A model generated the notes under the pieces. It searched no databases. It was not told the DNA's origin and saw nothing but the letters and a program-made list of their open reading frames with translations. Positions 38,146 through 47,607 of a stretch of 64,000 nucleotides of DNA are shown piece by piece. The stretch is from the sequence record phage_1; one strand, written 5' to 3'. The position numbers and the translations under genes are program-made. How positions within the stretch are numbered: position 1 is the first letter of the stretch; the number at the start of each line of letters is the position of its first letter.

Positions 38146-38727
38146 ATGCCACAACCAATTATTGAACAACATGAAATGAACTACGAAGAACTGACCCGCC
38201 GCTATCGCGTGAAAGCCCCACGGGTAGTAGAAGGTTGCGAGAAATACAAAGAAGCAGACTTCGTGGTATTCCAACGCGAAGGTGTTCCGATGCTGGTGTT
38301 CGTAAAACACGTCACCACCGATAACGACGACCGTCTAGTGATGCTGTATAACGTGATGGCTACCGTACTAGATACTGATATTGGGTTGTTACGTCGTTAT
38401 AAATCATCCTACGAACAGAAAGCGAAGGTGGTTGCTTTTGACTTACCACGCACGGTACTAGTAGATGGTTCCCGTCCGGCTATTCTTCGTTTTACGAAAA
38501 GCGAAGACGACAGTAACCCAGCGCATATTGTTCAGCCACTAACGCTGTCGCAAGATACGTTACAGCAGAACGGTGGGATGGATTGGCTAAACGTCATGTT
38601 ACCGGGCCTAGCTGAAGGTCAGGAACTGCATCTGGTTTGCTACACCCCATCCGTCGAGCACACCTATGCGCGTTACCTTACCGAAGAACACGGTTTCCGT
38701 AACCACCGTGGTATTTACATTGCGTAA
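38146..38727 (+). CDS. Hypothetical protein
   Basis: ORF in tightly packed run. Confidence 0.55.
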   Translation: MPQPIIEQHEMNYEELTRRYRVKAPRVVEGCEKYKEADFVVFQREGVPMLVFVKHVTTDNDDRLVMLYNVMATVLDTDIGLLRRYKSSYEQKAKVVAFDLPRTVLVDGSRPAILRFTKSEDDSNPAHIVQPLTLSQDTLQQNGGMDWLNVMLPGLAEGQELHLVCYTPSVEHTYARYLTEEHGFRNHRGIYIA

Positions 38728-38736
38728 GGTGAGTGT

Positions 38737-39300
38737 ATGTTCCGTTTACTAGAAATTCGAAACGATATCTGGCAAGAGCACATCCGCAACGATCCGGAGT
38801 GGGAAGGGGTTGAAAGTGATTTACCGGATAACCCCGACCAGCTGTTGGTGTTCCTTTATAGCGATAAAGCCAAACAGATCAAGGGGATATTTGAACGTAA
38901 AACGACAAGCTTGTCGACCTTACTGAGCTGCATTTGCTGTGGCGTCAGTGAGCTTGATCCCAATCTATTCACCAACTATCTTGCGCGTAAAGTCCGTACA
39001 CCGCTACTGGAGGTTACACTCCCGCCAGATATTCGTATCAGTAAAACTGTACCGACTGTTTTGCGTTTACAGGATGTCTCTGGCAGCAGCGACGACGGGG
39101 AAACAACGATTACCCTTTCCTCGTCAGAGAGTGAACTCGCAACCGAATCGTTTCTTAGCGAAGTCGAGGCCGGATTAAAGCAGGACGTAATCGTCTATAA
39201 TCTCGGCGGTGTGCCCATTGAGCCCATTTTACACTTCTTTGAAAGCCAAACCTGCCATCTCGTAGAGAGCTTAACATATCACTTTAAAGGAGCCTTATAA
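38737..39300 (+). CDS. Hypothetical protein
   Basis: ORF with SD, stop overlaps next start. Confidence 0.55.
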   Translation: MFRLLEIRNDIWQEHIRNDPEWEGVESDLPDNPDQLLVFLYSDKAKQIKGIFERKTTSLSTLLSCICCGVSELDPNLFTNYLARKVRTPLLEVTLPPDIRISKTVPTVLRLQDVSGSSDDGETTITLSSSESELATESFLSEVEAGLKQDVIVYNLGGVPIEPILHFFESQTCHLVESLTYHFKGAL

Positions 39301-39584
39301 TGAAACTCGAAGGTTATATTGTTACTGATAAGCCGTTTGTTGAGGCTAACCTTTCACGTTCTCAAGTTGTCTATAAAGACATCGATGTCCCTGCTGAAAT
39401 TGTTAAAGCGAANCCCAGCTGGCNAATCAACCNCGTTTCTTTGGAAATCACNAANCCGTTTATCAACGANCCAACCGNCCCATTTGTCGACATGGGTAAT
39501 TTCCGCGAGATTCTTTCCCCGCATCAATACCAGACAGTTGCACAGAAGAAAGGGAAGCTGCTCATTGAAACGTTGAGTGTGTAG
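39300..39584 (+). CDS. Hypothetical protein
   Basis: Coupled start, followed by terminator. Confidence 0.5.
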   Translation: MKLEGYIVTDKPFVEANLSRSQVVYKDIDVPAEIVKAXPSWXINXVSLEIXXPFINXPTXPFVDMGNFREILSPHQYQTVAQKKGKLLIETLSV

Positions 39585-39589
39585 TTTAT

Positions 39590-39632
39590 CTCCAGTAACC
39601 ACGAGGGTTACTGGAGTCCTCTTATTTTTTAC
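39590..39632 (+). terminator. Rho-independent terminator
   Basis: CTCCAGTAACC/GGTTACTGGAG stem plus T-run. Confidence 0.7.
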
Positions 39633-39663
39633 ACTTAACTCAAATTAATTTGAGGTGTGGTAT

Positions 39664-40251
39664 ATGACAGAACGTATTTTACGACTGCAAGAGAACAAGT
39701 TAGAAGACCTGCACGTAATGCGTAGTCGTGGCTTGTTTCCGGTGGGGCTTGATGTGAGTGGATTATTAACTGCCGCAGAGCACGGGGATAGGGTCATTAC
39801 AATGCATTCGCGTGGGAGCGAAGTGGTCTCTGCGATTTTCATCGATAAGGTTATTCCAGACTCGGAAAGCGGTAGGGAGGCAGGACACATCATTTACGAA
39901 TACTTTCGCAGCATTCTATACGAGGAAAAGATAAATGTCAAAACTTTTATGGAGTACGCTAAGCGAAATAACTACATCGATGCGCGACTGATGGTCACGG
40001 AAGGCACCCCAACTATAAACGGTAAAGTCCATCATCGTTTACTTGGGGCGCAGTTGCCGAGACTGGGTGAGTTACCGACGNNGNTAGAGCTANACCAAAA
40101 AACAGATTGGCGACACAAAATCGAAGTGCTTCACAAGCTTTACGATTTATCGATCGTTCAAATCAAACTGGTGGACTTCACGCCTGCAAATATGCAAATC
40201 GCTAAGCGAGCATTGGGTTTTCGTATTCTTAACACAACCTTCACATTGTAA
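39664..40251 (+). CDS. Hypothetical protein
   Basis: GAGGTG SD before ATG 39664. Confidence 0.55.
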   Translation: MTERILRLQENKLEDLHVMRSRGLFPVGLDVSGLLTAAEHGDRVITMHSRGSEVVSAIFIDKVIPDSESGREAGHIIYEYFRSILYEEKINVKTFMEYAKRNNYIDARLMVTEGTPTINGKVHHRLLGAQLPRLGELPTXXELXQKTDWRHKIEVLHKLYDLSIVQIKLVDFTPANMQIAKRALGFRILNTTFTL

Positions 40252-40281
40252 AATATCTCAGATATATATTACCTAGGTGAG
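40251..40281 (+). promoter_or_regulatory. Candidate phage early promoter
   Basis: CAGATATATATTAC..GTGAG; contains TATATTAC (40265-40272), the phiKZ early promoter core. Confidence 0.6.
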
Positions 40282-40356
40282 AGTTAAGAGATTAACTCAA
40301 CTGGCTACCCTCGGGTAGCCTATTCTTTTTTAAACCAATCGACTATAGAGTAAAAC

Positions 40357-40758
40357 ATGACTATCAAGAAGTTCTTACAAGCAGTAGTAGTTCTGGCCGC
40401 ATGTGGTATTGCAGCAACTTATGCTTTCGATAAGCCAGACGTGACTGAATACACATCAGCTGATTCGGATTATGGCATTGCACCGAATGAAAAACCGGAA
40501 CTGATGCGTGAGGTCGAACAGTTACAAATCTACAGACTGACGGACGGTAAGAACTGCACAGGGCTGGTTATCGCTGATAAGAAATTGAAAATGTATCAGC
40601 GGTTAATCGACATATCGTGCAATCAACCAAAAGTCACCTCGGTCAGTGTATCGCCACTGGAATTACCGAATTTGGTTGCTGTGAGCTTTTATCACAACGA
40701 TGTGCTCGTCGGTCGCATCACCCTCAATCGTGGAGATATCAAAAATGAAATGCAATAA
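40357..40758 (+). CDS. Exported hypothetical protein
   Basis: MTIKKFLQAVVVLAACGIAATYA signal peptide; mature Cys pair. Confidence 0.6.
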   Translation: MTIKKFLQAVVVLAACGIAATYAFDKPDVTEYTSADSDYGIAPNEKPELMREVEQLQIYRLTDGKNCTGLVIADKKLKMYQRLIDISCNQPKVTSVSVSPLELPNLVAVSFYHNDVLVGRITLNRGDIKNEMQ

Positions 40759-41236
40759 CGTCAATCGCCNCTTGGCCAAAGTGGTGCTTTTTACTGTGCT
40801 GTTGATGGCAGTTGTTGTTGGGCTACGGATTTCTAAGGCACGCGCTGACGAATTCAGCGGGTTCCAGGGCAGTATTAACGGCAGCATTCCAGCATATACC
40901 CGCACCATCAATCTTAATGATAAGCCGTTCTGGTGCAATGCGCGTAAGCTGCTTAAGAAACAGTGTCGTGTAGTTGACATATCCTTCAACGGTCGTGTCG
41001 CTATCGTACACCGTCCTGGCGATAAAGATTGCCCAGGTGGTTGGTGGGGTGCAGTCGACCGTCACAATGGTGACGCGTTATGGCTTATCCCTAATCGTGA
41101 TGAACTATCAGTGGAGAAAATTTGCAGCAAAGATTTCAGGGCCGGTTTTGTACAGCGACCGGATACCAAAACTCTGGCCTCCATCGCTATGTACTACGGT
41201 ATGGAAACCATCAAAACAATCGACTATTCAGAATAA
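40745..41236 (+). CDS. Exported 4-Cys family protein 1
   Basis: Hydrophobic N-term; FWC-x9-C-x21-C-x30-C. Confidence 0.6.
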   Translation: MKCNNVNRXLAKVVLFTVLLMAVVVGLRISKARADEFSGFQGSINGSIPAYTRTINLNDKPFWCNARKLLKKQCRVVDISFNGRVAIVHRPGDKDCPGGWWGAVDRHNGDALWLIPNRDELSVEKICSKDFRAGFVQRPDTKTLASIAMYYGMETIKTIDYSE

Positions 41237-41258
41237 CTCAAAAAATTGAGGTACTATT

Positions 41259-41669
41259 ATGAAACATTTTTTATTACCAGTTTTACTTGCTACTCTGGCC
41301 ATTAGCTTCTTCGCTCGCGCTGGAAGTATCGAGTTACCAAAAGTTGTTAACGATCACGAATACGGCGGGCCGTTCTGGTGCCAGAACTCTGACGTACAAG
41401 GCGGTAGCTGTCAGATCGTTGCGATGTCCGATAACAACCGTTACCTGTTAGTGAAAACGATGGGCGGTGTCGCATGTGGCGACCCTGAATACGGGGTTAT
41501 TAACATGGCAACAGGTCAGGCCGAATCCATGAACTACAATGATAACCAAGCCTGCAGTGGTGAAGCCGTTGCTGAGTTTACTCGCGACCCAGGTGATAAT
41601 GCCCTGACGGTTATCATGTACGACCCTACGATTAAGAAAAACGTGGGCATCAATAAACTCGACTTTTAA
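41259..41669 (+). CDS. Exported 4-Cys family protein 2
   Basis: MKHFLLPVLLATLAISFFARA signal; FWC-x9-C-x21-C-x25-C. Confidence 0.65.
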   Translation: MKHFLLPVLLATLAISFFARAGSIELPKVVNDHEYGGPFWCQNSDVQGGSCQIVAMSDNNRYLLVKTMGGVACGDPEYGVINMATGQAESMNYNDNQACSGEAVAEFTRDPGDNALTVIMYDPTIKKNVGINKLDF

Positions 41670-41682
41670 GTAAGGAAACAAC

Positions 41683-42066
41683 ATGCGTGGACTTATGGGT
41701 ATTATCGCGGCGGTGTTCTTGACCGCTTCTGCTTCAGCTACAACCAGCGTAGAAGATTTACTGCCAGGCACACCGTATCAGTACAACCCGCCTTCATTCG
41801 AAGTCTGTACTGGCGACAATGGCAGATGTGAAGAAGTCAGCCGTCACGACGAGTATATCCTGGTCCACGCAAAGGGCGAGGAAACTTGTCCGGCTGGTTA
41901 CTACTTCTTGTTGAACTCAAAGGCACAAGAGATTGTGCCGGTAGAGACAATAACGTGCGACCCGACGCTTCGCGCGTCGCTCGCTTACAATACGAAAACC
42001 AAACAACGCCTCCTGGTTATTGAACAGCAAGGGGTGGTGCGTGGTTCAGTAGCGCTCGACCAGTAA
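41683..42066 (+). CDS. Exported 4-Cys family protein 3
   Basis: MRGLMGIIAAVFLTASASA signal; C-x6-C-x19-C-x22-C. Confidence 0.65.
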   Translation: MRGLMGIIAAVFLTASASATTSVEDLLPGTPYQYNPPSFEVCTGDNGRCEEVSRHDEYILVHAKGEETCPAGYYFLLNSKAQEIVPVETITCDPTLRASLAYNTKTKQRLLVIEQQGVVRGSVALDQ

Positions 42067-42069
42067 CCG

Positions 42070-42100
42070 AAAAGTTTTCAGACAGATGTTATAACGTGAG
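42070..42100 (+). promoter_or_regulatory. Candidate phage early promoter
   Basis: AAAAGTTTTCAGACAGATGTTAT..GTGAG. Confidence 0.55.
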
Positions 42101-42195
42101 ATGACGACCCATCTCACTTTGGCCCTGCGGTGATTTCCCCAACACTTAGCCGCAGGGTCCTTTTTAATCGACTATTACTCGTAAGGATTAAGCAA

Positions 42196-42696
42196 ATGAA
42201 CATGAACATTCTCGACGATACCCGTTCTTCTTTCTTTACTCAGATGAACGTCAATCCCGAACGTACCCNTGCCATTCTTTCCACTGGCTGGAAGTTAAAG
42301 CTGTTAGGCGAGTTAACCCTAAACCGCACCGACTGGCCAGAAGAAGCGACCGTATTGATTAACAGCATTCACAGCGAGTGGCTAGATGCTGCGTTGAATG
42401 CCCCACAACTACGTCCGTACTATCGGATGCTTCATGCGGGTTATGAAGTATACCGCAAAGGTTGGTACGCTGCAGCCACTTATTGCAAAACCCCTGAAGG
42501 TCGTGAAGACAACACTGTCGACCACGTATTAGTAAACAATTTCTGGGGCGACCAAATCGAAGTCTTACAACTTTCCACCGGNGACCGTATTCCGGCCTGT
42601 GAGTTATTCGAAACTAACGCACAAATGTACGAACCATATGCAATGATTCGTGGCCGTAAGGTCCCAATCATTTCCCTTATGCATATGGGGCTGTAA
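42196..42696 (+). CDS. Hypothetical protein
   Basis: AAGGA SD before ATG 42196. Confidence 0.55.
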   Translation: MNMNILDDTRSSFFTQMNVNPERTXAILSTGWKLKLLGELTLNRTDWPEEATVLINSIHSEWLDAALNAPQLRPYYRMLHAGYEVYRKGWYAAATYCKTPEGREDNTVDHVLVNNFWGDQIEVLQLSTXDRIPACELFETNAQMYEPYAMIRGRKVPIISLMHMGL

Positions 42697-42701
42697 ATAC
42701 G

Positions 42702-42732
42702 AGAGGTAGCCCGTAGGCTACCTTCTTTTTTT
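42702..42732 (+). terminator. Rho-independent terminator
   Basis: AGGTAGCC-CGTA-GGCTACCT plus T-run. Confidence 0.75.
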
Positions 42733-42750
42733 GTTGAAGAAGGATTAAAC

Positions 42751-43377
42751 ATGAACGAGATTACCCTGATTCGTTTCATCGACGACATGGTGACGTGTCA
42801 GAAAGCGAATCGTCAGGATACCAAACTGCGTATCAATCTGATGGAAGAAGAGGTAGAAGGGTTTCTGGAATACCCGCGATTGGTGAAGTGGTTTAAAGAA
42901 GCGCTGCCGCGTAGCTGGGAACAGCTAGAAGCGTGGTTTGCTCTACCTATTGCAGAACGTAATCCCAATAATACGATCTTCACCGGAACTACTGCATTAG
43001 ATTTGGCTGGTTCGGTGGAGCAACCTAAACGTTTAGTTTTCTTCTACGTCAATGGCGATTCAATAATGGCTGATACAGTTAACTGGATTTCCGATGAGTT
43101 AACTGTAAACACCACTTTGGTCGGTAGCGCTGCTGATGCCTGGGTTGTTGGTCAGCACCAATCGCAACCGTACGAAGAAATCAAAACCGGTTATTTAATC
43201 CCGATATATCTCGACGGCGTGGCACCGGGTCGCAGCGCAGAACTGTTCAAATTCCTGCTTACTGAAACGTTAAAGGTTGTCGATTCTGATGCCGGGCGTG
43301 CGTGGTATGAATTAACCAAAGAGCGCACCGATAGTTTTTGGGAATCACTCGGACACCGTAAGTTTATTCCGCAATAA
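42751..43377 (+). CDS. Hypothetical protein
   Basis: 208-aa ORF with SD. Confidence 0.55.
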   Translation: MNEITLIRFIDDMVTCQKANRQDTKLRINLMEEEVEGFLEYPRLVKWFKEALPRSWEQLEAWFALPIAERNPNNTIFTGTTALDLAGSVEQPKRLVFFYVNGDSIMADTVNWISDELTVNTTLVGSAADAWVVGQHQSQPYEEIKTGYLIPIYLDGVAPGRSAELFKFLLTETLKVVDSDAGRAWYELTKERTDSFWESLGHRKFIPQ

Positions 43378-43387
43378 CTCTCCTCTC

Positions 43388-43420
43388 TGGAACCCTTCGG
43401 GGTTCCATTTNTTCTTTTTT
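43388..43420 (+). terminator. Rho-independent terminator
   Basis: GGAACCC-TTCG-GGGTTCC plus T-run. Confidence 0.75.
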
Positions 43421-43473
43421 ACGCATGACCTTTTGGATATGAACNNCTAATNCTTTCTCATTANAAGGCAAAC

Positions 43474-45984
43474 ATGCACAAGGTCGAACGTATCATTTTN
43501 AAAGNNTTTACCGGCATGGGGTTACATGAAANNNAAANNTTTGATTTCACCCTTAANTCAACCGTTACCANCATCCTCGGTGGCAACGGCTGCGGTAAAA
43601 CAAGCCTCCTGTCTGTTTTTCTCCCCTTAGCTCCAGCAAAATCAGAATTCCGTGAAGGTGGTTCCTACACTAACTACGCGTTAGTTGGGGACGACCGTCT
43701 TAAGTTTGAAGTCCTGCGTCGTGGCTCTTCTCTGTCTTGTAGTATTTTCAATATCACTAAAGGTGTCTCCATCGTAGACTCGGTAAACGCCAAAGTTTAC
43801 AACTCCATGGTGGAGCAATTAACCGGAATCACCAAAGAAATCAAAGAGTTAATTAATGGTGAGACCTTATTAACTGACGCCACTACCGAAGTTCGTCGTA
43901 AATGGTTTACGTTAATGTCAGAATCTGATCTGACGTACGTTGTTGGTTGCTATCGACGTTTGCGTAAACTCGCTTCCAGTTTAAGTGGGGCCATTGAGCA
44001 CACCGGCCGTAAAATCGGTGAGGCAAAAATGCGCGTGGTGGACGATGAAGAAGATCGTGCACGTTTAGAAGTTCGTTTGAAAGAACTCGATGCTGAGCTT
44101 CAGGAATTAAACCGCACAATTGAAGCGAGACCCGGTTTAGATAACGCCGTTTCGGTTGATAGTATCCGGAAACGCATTGCTTCGTTGCAACCGGCTGTAA
44201 AACTCATTATGGAACGTTATGGCGTTCTGCCTTCTGACGAACTGATTAACGAGTTTCAAAGTCGTGTGGTTGCCTGGCGTGAGCAAGCTGCCTCTGCTGA
44301 AACTGAATGCAACATGTACAATAAAGAGTTGTCACAGCTACTGGATGAGGAGTCGCGTCAAGCGTATCTGATGCGCAACCATACCGGTCTAAAACAAACA
44401 ATCGACAGCTTAAAACAGGAACTGGCAACGTTCCAACAGAACTGGATGTTCCCGGCTCTGTTTGAAGGTACCCGCATTGATGTGGATAGCATTCAGAACG
44501 CGTTAAACGATGCCTGTAACTGGAATTTACCGTTGTCCATGCATCTGGACCAGTTAAAGACAACAGATCGCCTGGGAGCGTTAGAGAAGCGTTTACAGGG
44601 TATGGATTTAACCTCTGCGGGTCTATCTGAAAAGCTGCAACGTTGTGAGAATGTGCTACACGGTTTATACCACGACCGTCAACACTTCTTAGAAACTGCA
44701 GAAGTTGATTGTCCACAGTGTAACCACCGTTTCCGTCCTGGGATTCGTAAGTCGTTACCTGAAATTGAAAAGGCCATCAACGATAATGAAGGTTGGAAGA
44801 AGCAGCTGAAAGACGAAATGGATAGTCTTTTGCGTGACCGCAAAGAGATTGAAGAGGACGTCCGTAGCTTACGTACGATTCGCGAAATCGTCATGTCGTA
44901 TTCCAACCATCCTGTTGTCGGTTTGTTTTTCCGTAAACTGCAGGAGCTGGATATCTTCACCACGGCGCGGGATCGTTACGGTGCCATTGCACGTGCCTTT
45001 ACTGAAGAGCTAGATTCGGCCATGATGTATCTGCGTCAATCGGCGAAGCTTGCAACAGCGGAACGGGAATGGCAAGAGGCTGTTGCCGCAGTAGGTAACG
45101 TTGATGGTGCGCTGAGCCAGAAAATTGAACATATCCGTTCACAACTGGACGGGGCTAACCGTCGACTGATAGAATACCGCAGACAAGCCAATGAGCTGGA
45201 ACGCGAAACCACCCAACTGCAACAAACCAAAGAAGCAATCGAACGTTTCCAAAAAGGCTACGAACATCTGGTATCGGAAATGAACATCTCCGTTAACAAC
45301 GTCGTGGTTCGTGAGTTGTTAAACCGACGCGAAGCGAAGCTCGATGCGTATACTTCAGCTCGTGAACGGTTTCGTCAAATGGAAGGGGCTATTGCACGTT
45401 TAGCGGAATTGGAAAAAGAGCAAGCTGAGTTGCTCAAAGAACACCATCNNGNCNGATTGATTATCAATGCCGTCTCACCCGAAAAAGGATTATTGCGTCG
45501 TTACTTTTATGCTGCGATTACCCGCATCATGGATTTAATGAATCGGTATATCGAAATGGTGTGGGCATATCCGATGCAGGTTATTCCATGCGATCTAACC
45601 GACGGGGATTTGGATTATACTTTCCCGGTGCGATTAAAAGACCATGAAGAACTGGTGCCGGATGTGAAGAAAGGTTCGAAGGCACAGCGTATTATCTTTA
45701 ACATGATGTTTCGTTTAACGGCGTATAAAGCGCTTGGTTTACAAAACTATCCTTTGTTNTTNGATNAANCCNCNNAAGGCATGGATGAANAACANAAAAA
45801 NCGCCTGGTCAACTTCTTTAAATCGTTGGNGTTGTTGGGGGAGTTTTCTNAANTGCTGGTCGTTTCGCATGAAGCGGAAGTTCATTCTAAACTTAACGAA
45901 GCCACCTACTGTGTCGTGGAGCCAGAAGGTGTAACGCTTCCACCGGTTTATAACGAAGGGGTAATAATCAAATATGCATCATAA
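43474..45984 (+). CDS. sbcC: SbcC/Rad50-like SMC ATPase
   Basis: Walker A GGNGCGKTS, long coiled coils, CPQC zinc hook, GSKAQ signature, Walker B region, VSHE. Confidence 0.85.
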   Translation: MHKVERIIXKXFTGMGLHEXXXFDFTLXSTVTXILGGNGCGKTSLLSVFLPLAPAKSEFREGGSYTNYALVGDDRLKFEVLRRGSSLSCSIFNITKGVSIVDSVNAKVYNSMVEQLTGITKEIKELINGETLLTDATTEVRRKWFTLMSESDLTYVVGCYRRLRKLASSLSGAIEHTGRKIGEAKMRVVDDEEDRARLEVRLKELDAELQELNRTIEARPGLDNAVSVDSIRKRIASLQPAVKLIMERYGVLPSDELINEFQSRVVAWREQAASAETECNMYNKELSQLLDEESRQAYLMRNHTGLKQTIDSLKQELATFQQNWMFPALFEGTRIDVDSIQNALNDACNWNLPLSMHLDQLKTTDRLGALEKRLQGMDLTSAGLSEKLQRCENVLHGLYHDRQHFLETAEVDCPQCNHRFRPGIRKSLPEIEKAINDNEGWKKQLKDEMDSLLRDRKEIEEDVRSLRTIREIVMSYSNHPVVGLFFRKLQELDIFTTARDRYGAIARAFTEELDSAMMYLRQSAKLATAEREWQEAVAAVGNVDGALSQKIEHIRSQLDGANRRLIEYRRQANELERETTQLQQTKEAIERFQKGYEHLVSEMNISVNNVVVRELLNRREAKLDAYTSARERFRQMEGAIARLAELEKEQAELLKEHHXXXLIINAVSPEKGLLRRYFYAAITRIMDLMNRYIEMVWAYPMQVIPCDLTDGDLDYTFPVRLKDHEELVPDVKKGSKAQRIIFNMMFRLTAYKALGLQNYPLXXDXXXXGMDEXXKXRLVNFFKSLXLLGEFSXXLVVSHEAEVHSKLNEATYCVVEPEGVTLPPVYNEGVIIKYAS

Positions 45985-46165
45985 AGGTTGGCGCTTATGG
46001 GCTTGGTGGGGTTTCCAGTTCCTTCAGTTTGTTGTGATGGTACTGTACCTCTCCTTTTGTGCAACCGTAGTGGTTATCGCTGCGGTCGTTTATTTAGCTG
46101 CTGCTCTTAAAGAACGTCTGTTCGACACGCGTTGTGAGTGGCGAGATATGGGGGAACGGACATGA
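45974..46165 (+). CDS. Small membrane protein
   Basis: 63 aa, long hydrophobic stretch. Confidence 0.55.
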   Translation: MHHKGWRLWAWWGFQFLQFVVMVLYLSFCATVVVIAAVVYLAAALKERLFDTRCEWRDMGERT

Positions 46166-46266
46166 TTGAAGGTATCGTATTAACCGGTATTGCACTGTGG
46201 TTGATTCGTGGTGCCTGGGGTTGGATTATCCGCACGAAAGGATGGGCGTTCCATGGCAACACGTAA
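46162..46266 (+). CDS. Small membrane protein (34 aa, not in ORF track)
   Basis: MIEGIVLTGIALWLIRGAWGWIIRTKGWAFHGNT; ATGA overlap with upstream stop. Confidence 0.5.
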   Translation: MIEGIVLTGIALWLIRGAWGWIIRTKGWAFHGNT

Positions 46267-46444
46267 ACCACGTCGCTTAAAATCTTGGGNGGTTGTGGTA
46301 ATGCACACTGTAGTGTTGCTGGGTNTTTTCTTGTCTCGTGCCACNCCTGCCTTTTGGGGCTTAGTTGTTTTGGTGTTCTTAGAAGGGGTTTACTTCGGTA
46401 ATCTGTGGAGCAAGCCCCCCGNGTTTAAGGGACCCGGCTTATGA
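46253..46444 (+). CDS. Small membrane protein (63 aa)
   Basis: MATRKPRRLKSW followed by two hydrophobic segments. Confidence 0.5.
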   Translation: MATRKPRRLKSWXVVVMHTVVLLGXFLSRAXPAFWGLVVLVFLEGVYFGNLWSKPPXFKGPGL

Positions 46445-46572
46445 CAGTCGTGAATAGTGTCAACGCGGCGATGATTGNAACGGGTGCGTATGACGGTGCC
46501 ACATGGACAGATGTTGGTATCACGCTTATCATTTGCGCAATCGGAGCGTTTGTAGCAACATGGTTATTTTAG
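46441..46572 (+). CDS. Small membrane protein (43 aa, not in ORF track)
   Basis: ATGA overlap; ...DVGITLIICAIGAFVATWLF. Confidence 0.5.
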   Translation: MTVVNSVNAAMIXTGAYDGATWTDVGITLIICAIGAFVATWLF

Positions 46573-46667
46573 TGAAATGGGTTGGGTGTATCGTCTGTAG
46601 CCTGATACTAGGAGCGGGCGCATACGCCCTAGGCGCAATCCTTGCATTGACGCAAGGTTGGTTTTAA
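46572..46667 (+). CDS. Small membrane protein (31 aa, not in ORF track)
   Basis: TAGTG overlap; MKWVGCIVCSLILGAGAYALGAILALTQGWF. Confidence 0.45.
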   Translation: MKWVGCIVCSLILGAGAYALGAILALTQGWF

Positions 46668-46685
46668 CAGGAGGGTAATTACGAA

Positions 46686-46964
46686 GTGGGAGAAGTATCA
46701 TGTAACAGTGAAACAGTCTCTGATCCCGTGGTCGTGGGTTCAGGGGCGGCCGAGCCAACCCGGCGTATCGTTCTTTCGAGCGCGGGGATGGCTATAGGGT
46801 CTTCAAAGAACCTTCTAGCAGACATCGCGGAAGTCTGCGGGCCGGATGATTTTGCAGTTTCACGTACAGTCGGGGAAGACTGGCGTGGTAATCAGAAGCG
46901 CCATGAGCGAATGTGGCGACGGAAGGTTACCTCAGCATCGCGACGTTTTCAACGTCGTTGCTGA
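46686..46964 (+). CDS. Hypothetical protein, basic C-terminus
   Basis: AGGAGG SD, GTG start. Confidence 0.45.
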   Translation: MGEVSCNSETVSDPVVVGSGAAEPTRRIVLSSAGMAIGSSKNLLADIAEVCGPDDFAVSRTVGEDWRGNQKRHERMWRRKVTSASRRFQRRC

Positions 46965-47110
46965 TTATAGACACGGTTCCGATAGAGAACTGGTCTTCAC
47001 CTCTGGCGGTATACACCGCTTAAGTTTACCGGTAAACTTAAGAAAACACAAACCCAATTCTTCGTTACTCNCTTTCATCGCAGGTGAAAGCTCACTTAGG
47101 AATTCAGCTC

Positions 47111-47599
47111 ATGGCCGAAATTGTCATTCTTTCCTCATCCTCAGATTTAACGGAAGCACAAAATAAACAGCTGTTGGGGCTGCATTATAAATTTCTGAAC
47201 CACCAACGTACCATACTCCATATCGAAAAAGGTGAGATTCCGAACCTCACTCTGGAGAAACTGTTGGCGGGGAACCGTGCTTGTGTTGCTCTGGAAGGGG
47301 GTACCCCTGTTGGTTACTGTTTGTATCGCGTAATCGCTGGGGTTCTGAAGATTCGTACGATGTTCGTGTCTGAAATGGCACGCCGTCGTAAAACGATGAC
47401 GCAGATTTTTGATGCGCTTGATGTGAATGNGCAGTTCACCAGTGCGCATGGGGGAATATACGCTTGCCAGGAAGCTGGTATTGCGTTCTTTACCNCTCGC
47501 GGTTTTGACAAGACCGTCTCTACAGACGGACAATGGCTTGAATTTAAGAAGCAGGTTCTTGCGGAAGCAGATGAACCTTTAAGGACTGCGGTAGCATAG
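47111..47599 (+). CDS. GNAT-family acetyltransferase
   Basis: VALEGGTPVGYCLY..LKIRTMFVSEMARRRK (motif A-like) ..AGIAFF..RGF (motif B-like). Confidence 0.65.
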   Translation: MAEIVILSSSSDLTEAQNKQLLGLHYKFLNHQRTILHIEKGEIPNLTLEKLLAGNRACVALEGGTPVGYCLYRVIAGVLKIRTMFVSEMARRRKTMTQIFDALDVNXQFTSAHGGIYACQEAGIAFFTXRGFDKTVSTDGQWLEFKKQVLAEADEPLRTAVA

Positions 47600-47607
47600 T
47601 CCTGTTT

